The notes under the pieces: model-generated
The model's database searches: none
The model's input: only the letters and a program-made list of their open reading frames with translations
What the model was told of the DNA's origin: nothing
Program-made: the position numbers and the translations under genes
Source of the DNA: Patescibacteria group bacterium
GTDB lineage: Bacteria; Patescibacteriota; Patescibacteriia; SBBC01; CAIJZX01
Direction: 5' to 3'
Assembly: GCA_038065275.1 (NCBI GenBank)
Contig: JBBTRH010000012.1
Span: 14,374-78,373 of the forward strand
Length of the DNA: 64,000 nucleotides
Shown here: piece by piece, positions 1 to 8,738 of the stretch
How the letters are laid out: every line of letters starts with the position of its first letter
Numbering within the stretch: position 1 is the stretch's first letter

Positions 1-140
1 AACTCAACGTTTAACGGCCTGGCCATATGGCCTGAACATCCTGATAGCCCTGGTGGTCATGTGCTACTGGGCCCGTCAACCGAAAACGATCGTCGAGTAT
101 CGATACTCGGGATCACCTGATTGAACAACAGTCAGGTTTT

Positions 141-2864
141 TTATACGGACGCCGCTTTCTCGACTCGAATAATACCACCCGGCTCAAGCACCGCCACGTC
201 GCGGCGACCGAGCTTCCCCTGGAGCATGGATTGGGCCAGGGCATTGTCGACGTGCTCTTGGACCGCGCGGCGGAGCGGCCGGGCGCCGAACAGCGGGTCA
301 AAACCGCTGATCGCCAACTCGGCCATCGCTTCCGGCGTCGCCCGGAAGGTGATCCCTTTCCGCCCCAGGCGGTCAGTAATGTCGTTCATCATCAAGCCGA
401 CGATCTTGTTCACCTCGATCGGGCTGAGCGGCGTGAAGACGATAATCGAATCGAAACGGTTGAGGAACTCCGGACGGAAATACTGGCTGAGCTCGCGATT
501 AATCAGCTCATCCTTAATGGTCGAGAGGGCCGCCCCGTCCCGCATCCGGTCTTGAATATGCTGGGTACCGGCGTTCGAAGTGGCAATCAGGATGACATTA
601 GTGAAATCGATCGTCCGGCCGTTGCCGTCGGTCAACCGGCCGTCGTCCATCACCTGAAGAAAGACGTTGAGCACATCGGGGTGGGCTTTTTCGAGTTCAT
701 CGAGCAAGACTAAGGAGAATGGCCGCTGGCGGACCGCTTCAGTCAGGTAGCCGGCGCTCGATCCGGCGTAGCCCGGCGGCGCGCCAATCAGGCGGTGGAT
801 ACTGGCCACGTCTTGATACTCGGACATGTCGAGCCGAATCATAACCTCTTCCGACCCGAAGTACACGGCCGCCACGGTTTTGGCCAGTTCGGTTTTTCCG
901 ACGCCGGTCGGACCGAGAAAAAGCAGGTTAGCGATCGGCCGCTTATTGTCTCTTAGCTCGGCCCGGGCGCGGCGCAAGGCGTTAGCCACCGCTTTGACCG
1001 CTTCGTCCTGGCCGACGACCCGCCGGTGCAGTTCCTCTTCGAGATGAAGCAACTTGCCCTGTTCATCGCTCGTCACGGCGGTGGCTTTAACGTGGCCTTG
1101 CTCGGAAACGATAGTCGCCACGTCCTCGCCGACGACCAGGCCGTTCGGTCCGCGTGACTTCCGGGCCAGGACCGCGGCTTGCTCAAGCACATCGAGGGCC
1201 GAGCCTGGTAGCGGCCGCTCATGCAAGTACCGCCGGGTCAGCTCGACCGCTTTATCAATCGCTTCCAGGGTAAAGTACACCTGATGATGAGCTTCCAATG
1301 GGCCGAGGCGCGATTCGATGACTACTAGCGCCTGCTCCGGCGGCATCTCGTTGACTTCAACTTTCTCGAAGGCCGACAATAACGGCCCGTGTTCTAGGGC
1401 CCGGCGGTAACTGGCTGGATCGGTCGTCCCGATCGCCAGAAAAGCATGTTGTTCCAGCTCCTGGGCGACCATCTGGGCCGCGTCCAGTCCTTGGCCGCCG
1501 GTACTCGAAATCCCGACCAGTTGATCGATGTTCTCGATCACTAGAATGATATTCCCCGAGCGGATGATTTCGTTTAATATTGCTTCCAGGCGCTGTTCGA
1601 GCTGACCCGACCCGGCCACCAACGCCGCGGCCGACAGGGCCACCAGGCGTTTGTCCTGTAGCGGTTCGGGCACGTCTTCGGCGGCCATCCGCTCGGCCAG
1701 CGCATACAACAGGTATGTTTTACCCACCCCGCCATCGCCGACCAGCATCACGCTTCGCCGGCCGCTCTCCATGATCCGGAATATCGTCTGCAACTCCTCG
1801 TCGCGCCCGACCACATAGGGTAGGCGGTTGCGGCTGGCGCGGAGCGTCAAATCAACGCTATATCGATCAAGCGTCGGCGTGGCCGCGGCCACGTAGCCGC
1901 GGTCGATGGCGCCCTGGGGTTTATTTGCGGCCCGCCGGAGGTACGACCGGACGCGCCGGCGAAGGTCTTCCTGCACCAGTAGCCAAGCGGTGGCCTGTTC
2001 CAGGCGGCGGACATCAACGCTGAACTCGTCCAACAACTCGCGAGCCGGATCATCGACCGTGCCCATGGCCGCCAGGAGGTAGGCCGGGGTGAGGCGCGAC
2101 CGGCGGTCCGCGGCGGCCAATCGGAAAGCGCGGGCCAAAAGTTCGCGGCTGGCGGCGGTAAAGACCGGGACTGCCGACATGGCCGGCAACTGTCCGACTA
2201 GCTGGTCGATGTGTTGGCGAAGTTCAGAGGCCGGAACCATCAGCCGGACGAGCATGCTCTCGACCTCCCGGGTGGCGCTCAGGGCGGCCAGGAGATGCAA
2301 GGGGCTCAACCCTTCGCGCCGGTGGCCTTTGGCCATCCGCCAGGCATGTTCGATCACCCGGAGCGTCGCTTCGTTACTAACGGCGGCAATATCGCCCATC
2401 GACTGCTCATTCCAGTCCGGAGCCGGCGGGTCCGCCGGCGTCGCCGTCGGAATGGTCGGGAACATCGTCAGGTCGCGTTCGAGCCGGTAGACGAGGTACA
2501 TGGCGCAGAGCAACCCCAGCCACAGCACGGCCATCGGCCAGCTGGGCGTCAGCAGGACATTCCAGACCTCGCCGTCAGCGATCGCTTCGAACAGACGCCG
2601 GCCGCCGAAGAACAGTCCGGTCAAAGCGAACACGAATATCAGGGCGGACAGCAAGCTTTTGACGGTGCGCTCCAGGTGACGTTCGAGAATCGACTGGGTG
2701 GAGATCGGATGCAACCACGACCACCACCGGCCGGCCCACCAGACCGCTACCCCTACCCCATGGCAGGTCGGGCAACCGACCAGCGCGCCGCGTTGGTTCT
2801 TAAGACCGCCGAATCCCTGGCAGGTCGGGCATTTCTCCACGAGTTCGGCGGGCGGTGCATCCAT
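141..2864 (-). CDS. ClpC/ClpB-family AAA+ ATPase with two nucleotide-binding domains; N-terminal CxxC..CxxC zinc ribbon and two hydrophobic helices precede a Clp_N-like domain
   Basis: Walker A GDGGVGKT (D1) and GPTGVGKTELAKTVA (D2); Clp-type D2 motifs; N-terminus CPTCQGFGG..CPTCHGVG followed by two TM-like segments. Confidence 0.85.
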   Translation of the reverse strand: MDAPPAELVEKCPTCQGFGGLKNQRGALVGCPTCHGVGVAVWWAGRWWSWLHPISTQSILERHLERTVKSLLSALIFVFALTGLFFGGRRLFEAIADGEVWNVLLTPSWPMAVLWLGLLCAMYLVYRLERDLTMFPTIPTATPADPPAPDWNEQSMGDIAAVSNEATLRVIEHAWRMAKGHRREGLSPLHLLAALSATREVESMLVRLMVPASELRQHIDQLVGQLPAMSAVPVFTAASRELLARAFRLAAADRRSRLTPAYLLAAMGTVDDPARELLDEFSVDVRRLEQATAWLLVQEDLRRRVRSYLRRAANKPQGAIDRGYVAAATPTLDRYSVDLTLRASRNRLPYVVGRDEELQTIFRIMESGRRSVMLVGDGGVGKTYLLYALAERMAAEDVPEPLQDKRLVALSAAALVAGSGQLEQRLEAILNEIIRSGNIILVIENIDQLVGISSTGGQGLDAAQMVAQELEQHAFLAIGTTDPASYRRALEHGPLLSAFEKVEVNEMPPEQALVVIESRLGPLEAHHQVYFTLEAIDKAVELTRRYLHERPLPGSALDVLEQAAVLARKSRGPNGLVVGEDVATIVSEQGHVKATAVTSDEQGKLLHLEEELHRRVVGQDEAVKAVANALRRARAELRDNKRPIANLLFLGPTGVGKTELAKTVAAVYFGSEEVMIRLDMSEYQDVASIHRLIGAPPGYAGSSAGYLTEAVRQRPFSLVLLDELEKAHPDVLNVFLQVMDDGRLTDGNGRTIDFTNVILIATSNAGTQHIQDRMRDGAALSTIKDELINRELSQYFRPEFLNRFDSIIVFTPLSPIEVNKIVGLMMNDITDRLGRKGITFRATPEAMAELAISGFDPLFGARPLRRAVQEHVDNALAQSMLQGKLGRRDVAVLEPGGIIRVEKAASV

Positions 2865-2868
2865 ACCG

Positions 2869-3336
2869 TCAGCGCAACGGAACGAGTTGACGAATCAGCA
2901 TGGCGGCGCTGATAATTGGCCCCAGCACCCAGGCCAGCAGGGCCACCAACTCGACCACCGTCCAACACCCAAGGGCAATCAGCCGCGCCGCTAAGATAAA
3001 AATGCGGAAAAAGAAACTGATGGCGCGGCCGCTCCGAGTGTAGTCGCCGTACATGGGCTTGCCCATCGTCCGGAGCAAGATGACAATGCTCAGCCGGTTG
3101 ACCAGGCCGAACCACTGTCGGATCAGCGTCCGTCCGGTTAACGCCAAGCCGTGGGTGTACCACCAGACGGGAAAATACAAAACTTCACCTACCAGCTCGC
3201 GGAGGATGAAGAGCGTGGCACGAGCAGTCGTTGATTGGGCCATGGTTTGTGGGGGTGGTTTGAGCGCCTGTATTCTACCATTTTTTTGGCCGGGCGCAAT
3301 GCGGTTCGAAATGAGAAGCGCCGCCTCGAGTATCAT
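2869..3336 (-). CDS. small polytopic membrane protein (hypothetical); alternative start at 3243
   Basis: ORF with 3-4 hydrophobic helices, immediately upstream of and co-oriented with the Clp ATPase gene. Confidence 0.35.
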   Translation of the reverse strand: MILEAALLISNRIAPGQKNGRIQALKPPPQTMAQSTTARATLFILRELVGEVLYFPVWWYTHGLALTGRTLIRQWFGLVNRLSIVILLRTMGKPMYGDYTRSGRAISFFFRIFILAARLIALGCWTVVELVALLAWVLGPIISAAMLIRQLVPLR

Positions 3337-3390
3337 TCAAGAGGCGGCGCTAATCCAAGGAGCGACCGGAAGCCATCATGGCCTTTCCTT

Positions 3391-3777
3391 TTATGGAGGG
3401 GGCAGGGGGGTAGCGGCGATGATGCAGGCGGGCGGCAATCGGAACTCGTGTTTTTCACCGCCGCCAGTCGGACCGTCGACGATGCCGTACGTCTCGACAC
3501 CATCGAAAACTAGAATTGCCTTGAGCCATCCTGACCGCGGCGGCAGTACAGATTTCCGCAGGTGAGCGGGCAACTGCTGTCGAATCTGTTCCTCCTTCAG
3601 CTCCTGGAGAGTCCGGAACAGCACCGGCGAATTGACCGTCAACCGTCGGATCTTGATTCCACCATTGCCGTTCTCCCGGATCTCCACTGTCTCTCCGCCC
3701 AGGGCGATCCGGTGCTCAGGATGGCCTTTCTGGTACCGCTCCAGCACCTGCCGTAGCTCATCACTAAGATACACCAT
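3391..3777 (-). CDS. hypothetical protein (129 aa, begins MVYLSDELRQ)
   Basis: ATG at 3777 preceded by GGAGGTG Shine-Dalgarno; the longer 181-aa track ORF runs through an intergenic inverted repeat and is not supported. Confidence 0.45.
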   Translation of the reverse strand: MVYLSDELRQVLERYQKGHPEHRIALGGETVEIRENGNGGIKIRRLTVNSPVLFRTLQELKEEQIRQQLPAHLRKSVLPPRSGWLKAILVFDGVETYGIVDGPTGGGEKHEFRLPPACIIAATPLPPP

Positions 3778-3864
3778 GTGGTTCACCTCCCTTCGGGTCG
3801 GGAGCCATGAATGCCGGTTTGGGAAAGAGCGCCGGGTTGGCTCCACGGTACACCCAGGCCAGGC

Positions 3865-3989
3865 GTTGTCAACCCCGTTAGAGGCGAATGCTGGCACTGG
3901 AAAAAACGGTTGATTTCCCAGCACCCTGATTGACATCAGTTAGGCCGGCAAACAAAGCTCGCCTCTAACGGGGTCAAGCTTGACAACCG
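3865..3989. promoter_or_regulatory. long inverted repeat in a divergent intergenic region: arms gttgtcaa..ccccgttagaggcga, 15 bp perfect, ~70-nt spacer
   Basis: left arm 3865-3887 is the reverse complement of right arm 3959-3989 apart from a 6-nt bulge; shares the CCCCGTTAGA core with the repeat at 21100-21232. Confidence 0.5.
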
Positions 3990-4073
3990 ACGGGTGTCAG
4001 CGCAGGATAGCGGCACGTCACTCCCGCCCTTTACATCACCCTCCCGCCAACGGCGAGAAGAAAGGACGCGCTA

Positions 4074-4877
4074 TTGACCTGGCTCAACTCTGGTTCGTGG
4101 GTGACGATCGGCGTCATCCTTTTCCTGTGTTTCATCGTCGCTCGGGCGGCGGCTAAGTTTCTGCCCGGCCTCGTCCGTAGCTTATTGGCCAAGCAAGACT
4201 TGGTCGAACGGTACGGCTGGGCCGGGCGCGCCTTCAAGTATCAACGGCTTGTCCCGTGGGTTGACCGGATTCCTATCTCCGCCGACCAGATGACCTGGTT
4301 GCGACTGGGCCTGGTCGGTGGAAGCCTGCTCTGTTTTCGCTTCCAGCTCGATCCGTACATCCTGCCGTTGTACATCATTGGTTGGTTGACCGACTACACC
4401 GATGGTCTTAAAGCCGGCGCTGAAGAACGGCGCCGCGGGCGTCCGACTCGACATGGGAAGTACCTCGACCCGACGATTGACCTGATCTGCTTCACGCTCA
4501 TGGCGGTCGTCCTGGGGCCGTACTACCCGCGCCGACTGTTGATCGCTTTCGCGGTCGCGATTGGCGCCCGGGTCCTCCTGTTCGCCGTCATCTTGGTCGG
4601 ACGACTGTGCCGGCCAACCTGGCGCCGGCGGCTGTCGTCAAACATCTTGCCGAAGACCATCACCGGCGAGGCCAAAGCCGCATTCATCGCCGTCAGTTTC
4701 GGACTGATCATGTTTAGCCGCACGGACCCGACGAATCTGTTCTGGGCCGGCCGGCTGTTGACCATGGCAATCGTCCTCGAGGGCTTCAGCTTGACTCATT
4801 TGGCGCGCCAAGCCTGGCGATCCATCTACGGTCGGCCTCAGCTGTCCATCGTCCCCGCCGATGATCGAACGGGGTAA
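4074..4877 (+). CDS. polytopic membrane protein with a divergent CDP-alcohol phosphatidyltransferase-like motif (DG..AG..G...D...D)
   Basis: TTG start 10 nt after GAAAGGA; ~6 TM helices; motif DYTDGLKAGAEERRRGRPTRHGKYLDPTIDLI. Confidence 0.4.
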   Translation: MTWLNSGSWVTIGVILFLCFIVARAAAKFLPGLVRSLLAKQDLVERYGWAGRAFKYQRLVPWVDRIPISADQMTWLRLGLVGGSLLCFRFQLDPYILPLYIIGWLTDYTDGLKAGAEERRRGRPTRHGKYLDPTIDLICFTLMAVVLGPYYPRRLLIAFAVAIGARVLLFAVILVGRLCRPTWRRRLSSNILPKTITGEAKAAFIAVSFGLIMFSRTDPTNLFWAGRLLTMAIVLEGFSLTHLARQAWRSIYGRPQLSIVPADDRTG

Positions 4878-4967
4878 TGGTGGAACCCCGCATCCGTCCC
4901 GCCCGTCCGGCGGGGCTGGTGCGTGGGACTGAACCTTCACGACCACGTCATTGACGCGGTCGTTTTC

Positions 4968-6974
4968 TTATGGCGCCGCGATCACCACGCCTTGACCGCT
5001 GACGGTCGGGTCGGACGGCAGGTCAGTCGTCAGCGTGGCCGCCGGGCTGGACAGCGCCTTGGCCGTGAAGCTGTCGGTGGCGGTGGCGGTCGCTGTTTCG
5101 ATTAGGATCGGGACGGTGCCGACCTGTTCGGCGGTTGGCGTAATCGCCAAGTCAAAGCGGGCCGTCAAAGCCGGCAGTCGTCCGCCGGTGCCGGCCGGGA
5201 CGGTGTTTAGCGTCCAACGGACGGTCCGGCTCGTCGGATCGAAGGTTAAATCGCCGGCATCACGGCTGAGGTTCTGACCGGTCCACAGCACGCTGGTCGG
5301 AATCCGGGCGCTGACCACCAGGGTCGCGGCGTCGCTGGTGCTGTCCGTCACCGTCCAGGTGACGCGGTAGGTGGTCGTCTTCCCGACCACCGGCGGCACC
5401 GGCCCGCTACCGACCGCTTGGCCCGGCGCCTCGTAGTACCGCGCGGCGGCGGCCAGTTGGAGCACCGTCGCCAGCTTGGTCACCACCACCGTACTCGGTT
5501 GACCGCCGCGATTAGCGTTGGTCGTCAAGCTCGGGGCGGTCACATCGATGCTAGCTGTCACCTTCGGATCGCGGTCAGCGTCAGTCTTAACCGCCAGATT
5601 CGGCAACGTACCGACGGCAAAGCTCAAGGTCACGGACTGGTTCGGTTTAAGGTTAGCCAGCGCGGCAACTTGGTCCTTGGTCCAAGTCAAAACGTTCGAC
5701 TTGACCGCCGCTTGGCTGTCATTCGCCAACTTGGACAGGTCGAGGGCCGCGCCGTCGAGCTTAACGGTGACCGTGGCTTGAGTGATTTCCAGGTCGCTAG
5801 CGTTGGTCACGCGAATCGAGTAGTTGAGCGTCTCGCCCGGATCAATCACCGCCGGATCGGTACTGCCATTCACCGCCACGGTGGTCGTCACCCCGGTCTT
5901 GACCAGGATGACCAATAGCGATTGCTCGTCTTGGAGATCGACGGTGTTGGTGGCCGTCACCAGCCCGGCACTGACCTTGAGGGGGAACGAGTCGCCGAGG
6001 TTACCATCAATCGATCCGACCACGGTGATACTCCCTTGGACGCCTTTTTTCAGCTCCGGGAATTTCCAGACCGCCGACCGCTCCTGGGCCGCCGGATTCG
6101 TACTGGTGACCGTGAAGCCGTCGGGGTAGGCGGCCGTGATCTGGACGTTCTTCAGGTCGCGATCGGAAGTATTCGCGTACGTTGCCGTCCAAGTACCGGT
6201 CCCGCCGGGAGCCAGCTGGGTCGGGCCGGTGAATTGCAAGCTGAGAATCGAAGCGGTGATGGTCACCTGGCGACTGGCTTTGGTCTGGAAGTCGGAGTTA
6301 AAATTCGCCGGCCGGTACGTTAATGTCGCTCCGAAGTCACGGGCCTCGCCGACGGCGCCGATGATCGTCCCGCTGATCGTCGTCCGGCCCGCTTGACCGC
6401 TGCGGATCGTCCCCAAGGTGAAAGCGTTACGGAACTCGTTGGCCGCGGCCGGCTGCGACGTGGTGTAAGTAAATCCTGCGGGATACTCAACCGTCAATTC
6501 AGCATTCGTTAAGTCGACTGGTTCAAGATTCTGGTACTCGACGGTCACGGTCAAATTGCTCCCGGAAATGGCCGAGGTCACGGGCTGGAACTGCAGTTGG
6601 ACGTTATCGTTGGTAAAACGTTTAGCGCGGTTGAAAAAGAAAAAACCAGCCACGCTGACGACGGCCAAGAGGGCGATGATTCCGATCACCCAGCCCCAGG
6701 GGAAACCCCGTTTTGATTTGGTCAGGTGTTGCATCTCCTCCGACGGTTGGCGTTCAAGGACCCGCGATAAATCAGCTTCGCCTTCGCTCAGCGACGATCG
6801 CCGATGTTTCGGCTCAGTTTCCTCGCGGACCGGTATCCTCCGGCCGGGTACCCCTGATTCAGCCGACGCAACCGGAGCGTCGCCGTCGGTTTCCAGGGCC
6901 GCCACGAACTCCGCGATATCATCCTCGCTGTACTTGCCGGGCGGTTGTTTTGGTTCGCCTTTGTGTTTGGCCAT
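4968..6974 (-). CDS. surface protein: charged cytoplasmic N-terminus, one TM helix, then tandem DUF11-like (conserved repeat domain) beta-repeats
   Basis: TM segment WVIGIIALLAVVSVAGFFFF; repeated T/V/S-rich units such as GTGTWTATYANTSDRDLKNVQITAAYPDGFTVTSTNPA. Confidence 0.6.
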   Translation of the reverse strand: MAKHKGEPKQPPGKYSEDDIAEFVAALETDGDAPVASAESGVPGRRIPVREETEPKHRRSSLSEGEADLSRVLERQPSEEMQHLTKSKRGFPWGWVIGIIALLAVVSVAGFFFFNRAKRFTNDNVQLQFQPVTSAISGSNLTVTVEYQNLEPVDLTNAELTVEYPAGFTYTTSQPAAANEFRNAFTLGTIRSGQAGRTTISGTIIGAVGEARDFGATLTYRPANFNSDFQTKASRQVTITASILSLQFTGPTQLAPGGTGTWTATYANTSDRDLKNVQITAAYPDGFTVTSTNPAAQERSAVWKFPELKKGVQGSITVVGSIDGNLGDSFPLKVSAGLVTATNTVDLQDEQSLLVILVKTGVTTTVAVNGSTDPAVIDPGETLNYSIRVTNASDLEITQATVTVKLDGAALDLSKLANDSQAAVKSNVLTWTKDQVAALANLKPNQSVTLSFAVGTLPNLAVKTDADRDPKVTASIDVTAPSLTTNANRGGQPSTVVVTKLATVLQLAAAARYYEAPGQAVGSGPVPPVVGKTTTYRVTWTVTDSTSDAATLVVSARIPTSVLWTGQNLSRDAGDLTFDPTSRTVRWTLNTVPAGTGGRLPALTARFDLAITPTAEQVGTVPILIETATATATDSFTAKALSSPAATLTTDLPSDPTVSGQGVVIAAP

Positions 6975-6986
6975 ACGAGTGATAGT

Positions 6987-7745
6987 CTACCGCGCGATGC
7001 GGCTGTTTGGCAACTGCGCCAGGCGCACTACCGACCGCAACACCCCTTCGCTTTTCAATGGCCGGTCGAGCGTGTGGTGGAGAATTGATTCGACGAGCCG
7101 GCGCAGCGCGGCGAACATCTGACGGTCGTCAGCGCTGTTTCCGCCGCGAAGATAGGCGACGACTGACGGCTTGACGACTGCCGCCTCGGCCGACGCTTCG
7201 CGACGGTGGACAAACCCGGCCGCGGGATGAAACGCGACGTCGTCTGCGGTCAGCGGCTGGTGACAAACGGCGCACCGCTCAAGCGATGGCGCAAATCCCT
7301 GGTGACCGAGAATCAGCCAGGCCCGGCGGAGCAGCCGGAGCCAGCGTTGTCCGGCCGGCGCGTCGGTTTCTTCCGCCATGTCGGCCAGCATGCCGACGAC
7401 GAGGTCGTACAGCGCCGGATCATGCTGATTCGGTTTCGTCACCCGCTCGACGAGTTCGAGCAGCCATTGGGCCATTATCAAACTGACGACCTCCCGGCGC
7501 AGGCGATTGAAACGATTGAGAATGACGCTACCGGTGACGACATCGGTCACCCGACCGTTAGCCAGGGTGAGATCAACTTCCATCATCGGCTCCAGTGAGC
7601 CGCCCAATTTAGCCGTACTTTTTTTCGTCCCCCGCGCTCGAATGCGCATCTGGCCGTACTGCGGGGTCAAGACGACGATTATCCGATCGTGTTCGCGGTC
7701 GGTAGTATGACGCAGAATAAGTGCTTTGGTTCGAATTACCGACAT
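6987..7745 (-). CDS. recO: DNA repair protein RecO
   Basis: N-terminus MSVIRTKALILRHTTDREHDRIIVVLT.. matches the RecO OB-fold; C-terminal zinc-finger-like CAVCHQ; a TATACT -10 ends 7 nt before the ATG, so it may be leaderless. Confidence 0.85.
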   Translation of the reverse strand: MSVIRTKALILRHTTDREHDRIIVVLTPQYGQMRIRARGTKKSTAKLGGSLEPMMEVDLTLANGRVTDVVTGSVILNRFNRLRREVVSLIMAQWLLELVERVTKPNQHDPALYDLVVGMLADMAEETDAPAGQRWLRLLRRAWLILGHQGFAPSLERCAVCHQPLTADDVAFHPAAGFVHRREASAEAAVVKPSVVAYLRGGNSADDRQMFAALRRLVESILHHTLDRPLKSEGVLRSVVRLAQLPNSRIAR

Positions 7746-7994
7746 AAAAAAAGTATAGCACGAAAGAAGAATCAACCCCGTACCACAATACCAAAAATGT
7801 TGTTATCGATTTGGTTGCGGGTTTTTATCGGCAAATTTTGCATGAAGAAAAAATACCGCACCAATTATTGTGGTGCGGGGTGGAGTGCCGCAGGATGAGC
7901 GCTTTAGTGCGGATGGCGGACATGGGTATAGTTTATCAAAAAGAAAGAGGGGCTATCCATAGTCATGGATAGCCCCCGGTGATTGTGCCAGCCG

Positions 7995-8573
7995 TTAGAC
8001 TGGCTTGCTGACGGCGGCGAAGCGCCAGATATCGGGCCACGTTGTGTTGAATGAGGCCTTGTAGAAGCGCCGATCCGACTCGTCCCCGCTGAGGCACGGG
8101 TGGTGGTGGTGGCCGTAGCCATCCAGGCACAAACACACTGAACCGAAAGCAACGATCGGGAACTGACGCTGGAGGTCGCGGGTCTTTAGATTCGCGCCGA
8201 GCGCGAGCAACTCCTCGATCTTAGCCGGACGGTAACCGTGCCGGAGGTCATTGTACACGTCGTCCTCGTCCATGGGGCGGTTGTAGTGGAACAACTTGAT
8301 GTCCACCTCGACCATGCCCGAGCCTTCCACCTGGAGGATGCGCTCGTCGGTGACGTCCGGGTCGGTCCAGTCGTACTGACCGGCCTCGATCATCGCCTTC
8401 AGGTTCTTGTCCCGATTCACCGTGACGCGGTAGACGGTGATGTCCGGGGCCAAGAGCTTGGCAATGGCCTCACCTACATCTACGCCCCGGAGGATGCCCT
8501 TGACGGCGGTCATACCACCGAGCTTGTTGATGAGAGCTTCGATCTGGCCGAGATTCAGGTCTCCGTACTTCAT
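7995..8573 (-). CDS. hypothetical protein (192 aa, His-rich C-terminal part GYGHHHHPC)
   Basis: ATG at 8573 with GAAGGGAG Shine-Dalgarno 7 nt upstream; perfect hairpin terminator ggggctatccatag/ctatggatagcccc at 7950-7978. Confidence 0.45.
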   Translation of the reverse strand: MKYGDLNLGQIEALINKLGGMTAVKGILRGVDVGEAIAKLLAPDITVYRVTVNRDKNLKAMIEAGQYDWTDPDVTDERILQVEGSGMVEVDIKLFHYNRPMDEDDVYNDLRHGYRPAKIEELLALGANLKTRDLQRQFPIVAFGSVCLCLDGYGHHHHPCLSGDESDRRFYKASFNTTWPDIWRFAAVSKPV

Positions 8574-8738
8574 GACGGGACTCCCTTCTGGCTGTTTGCC
8601 AAAAGCTTTGCCTCTGCCCGAGGTCGAGGGACTCGTCTCGCCTTGAGACAAGCATTCGAGGCGCCACCATGGCGCGCCAAATGCTTGTTTCAAGGTTTCC
8701 GCAAGTTATTGTAAAGAACAAAGGAGCATAGCACCTCT

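Noticed and set aside
3391-3936. 181-aa track ORF extending upstream of 3777
   Set aside because: The extension runs through the intergenic inverted repeat. A Shine-Dalgarno plus ATG at 3777 gives a compact 129-aa protein, so the longer form is not supported.
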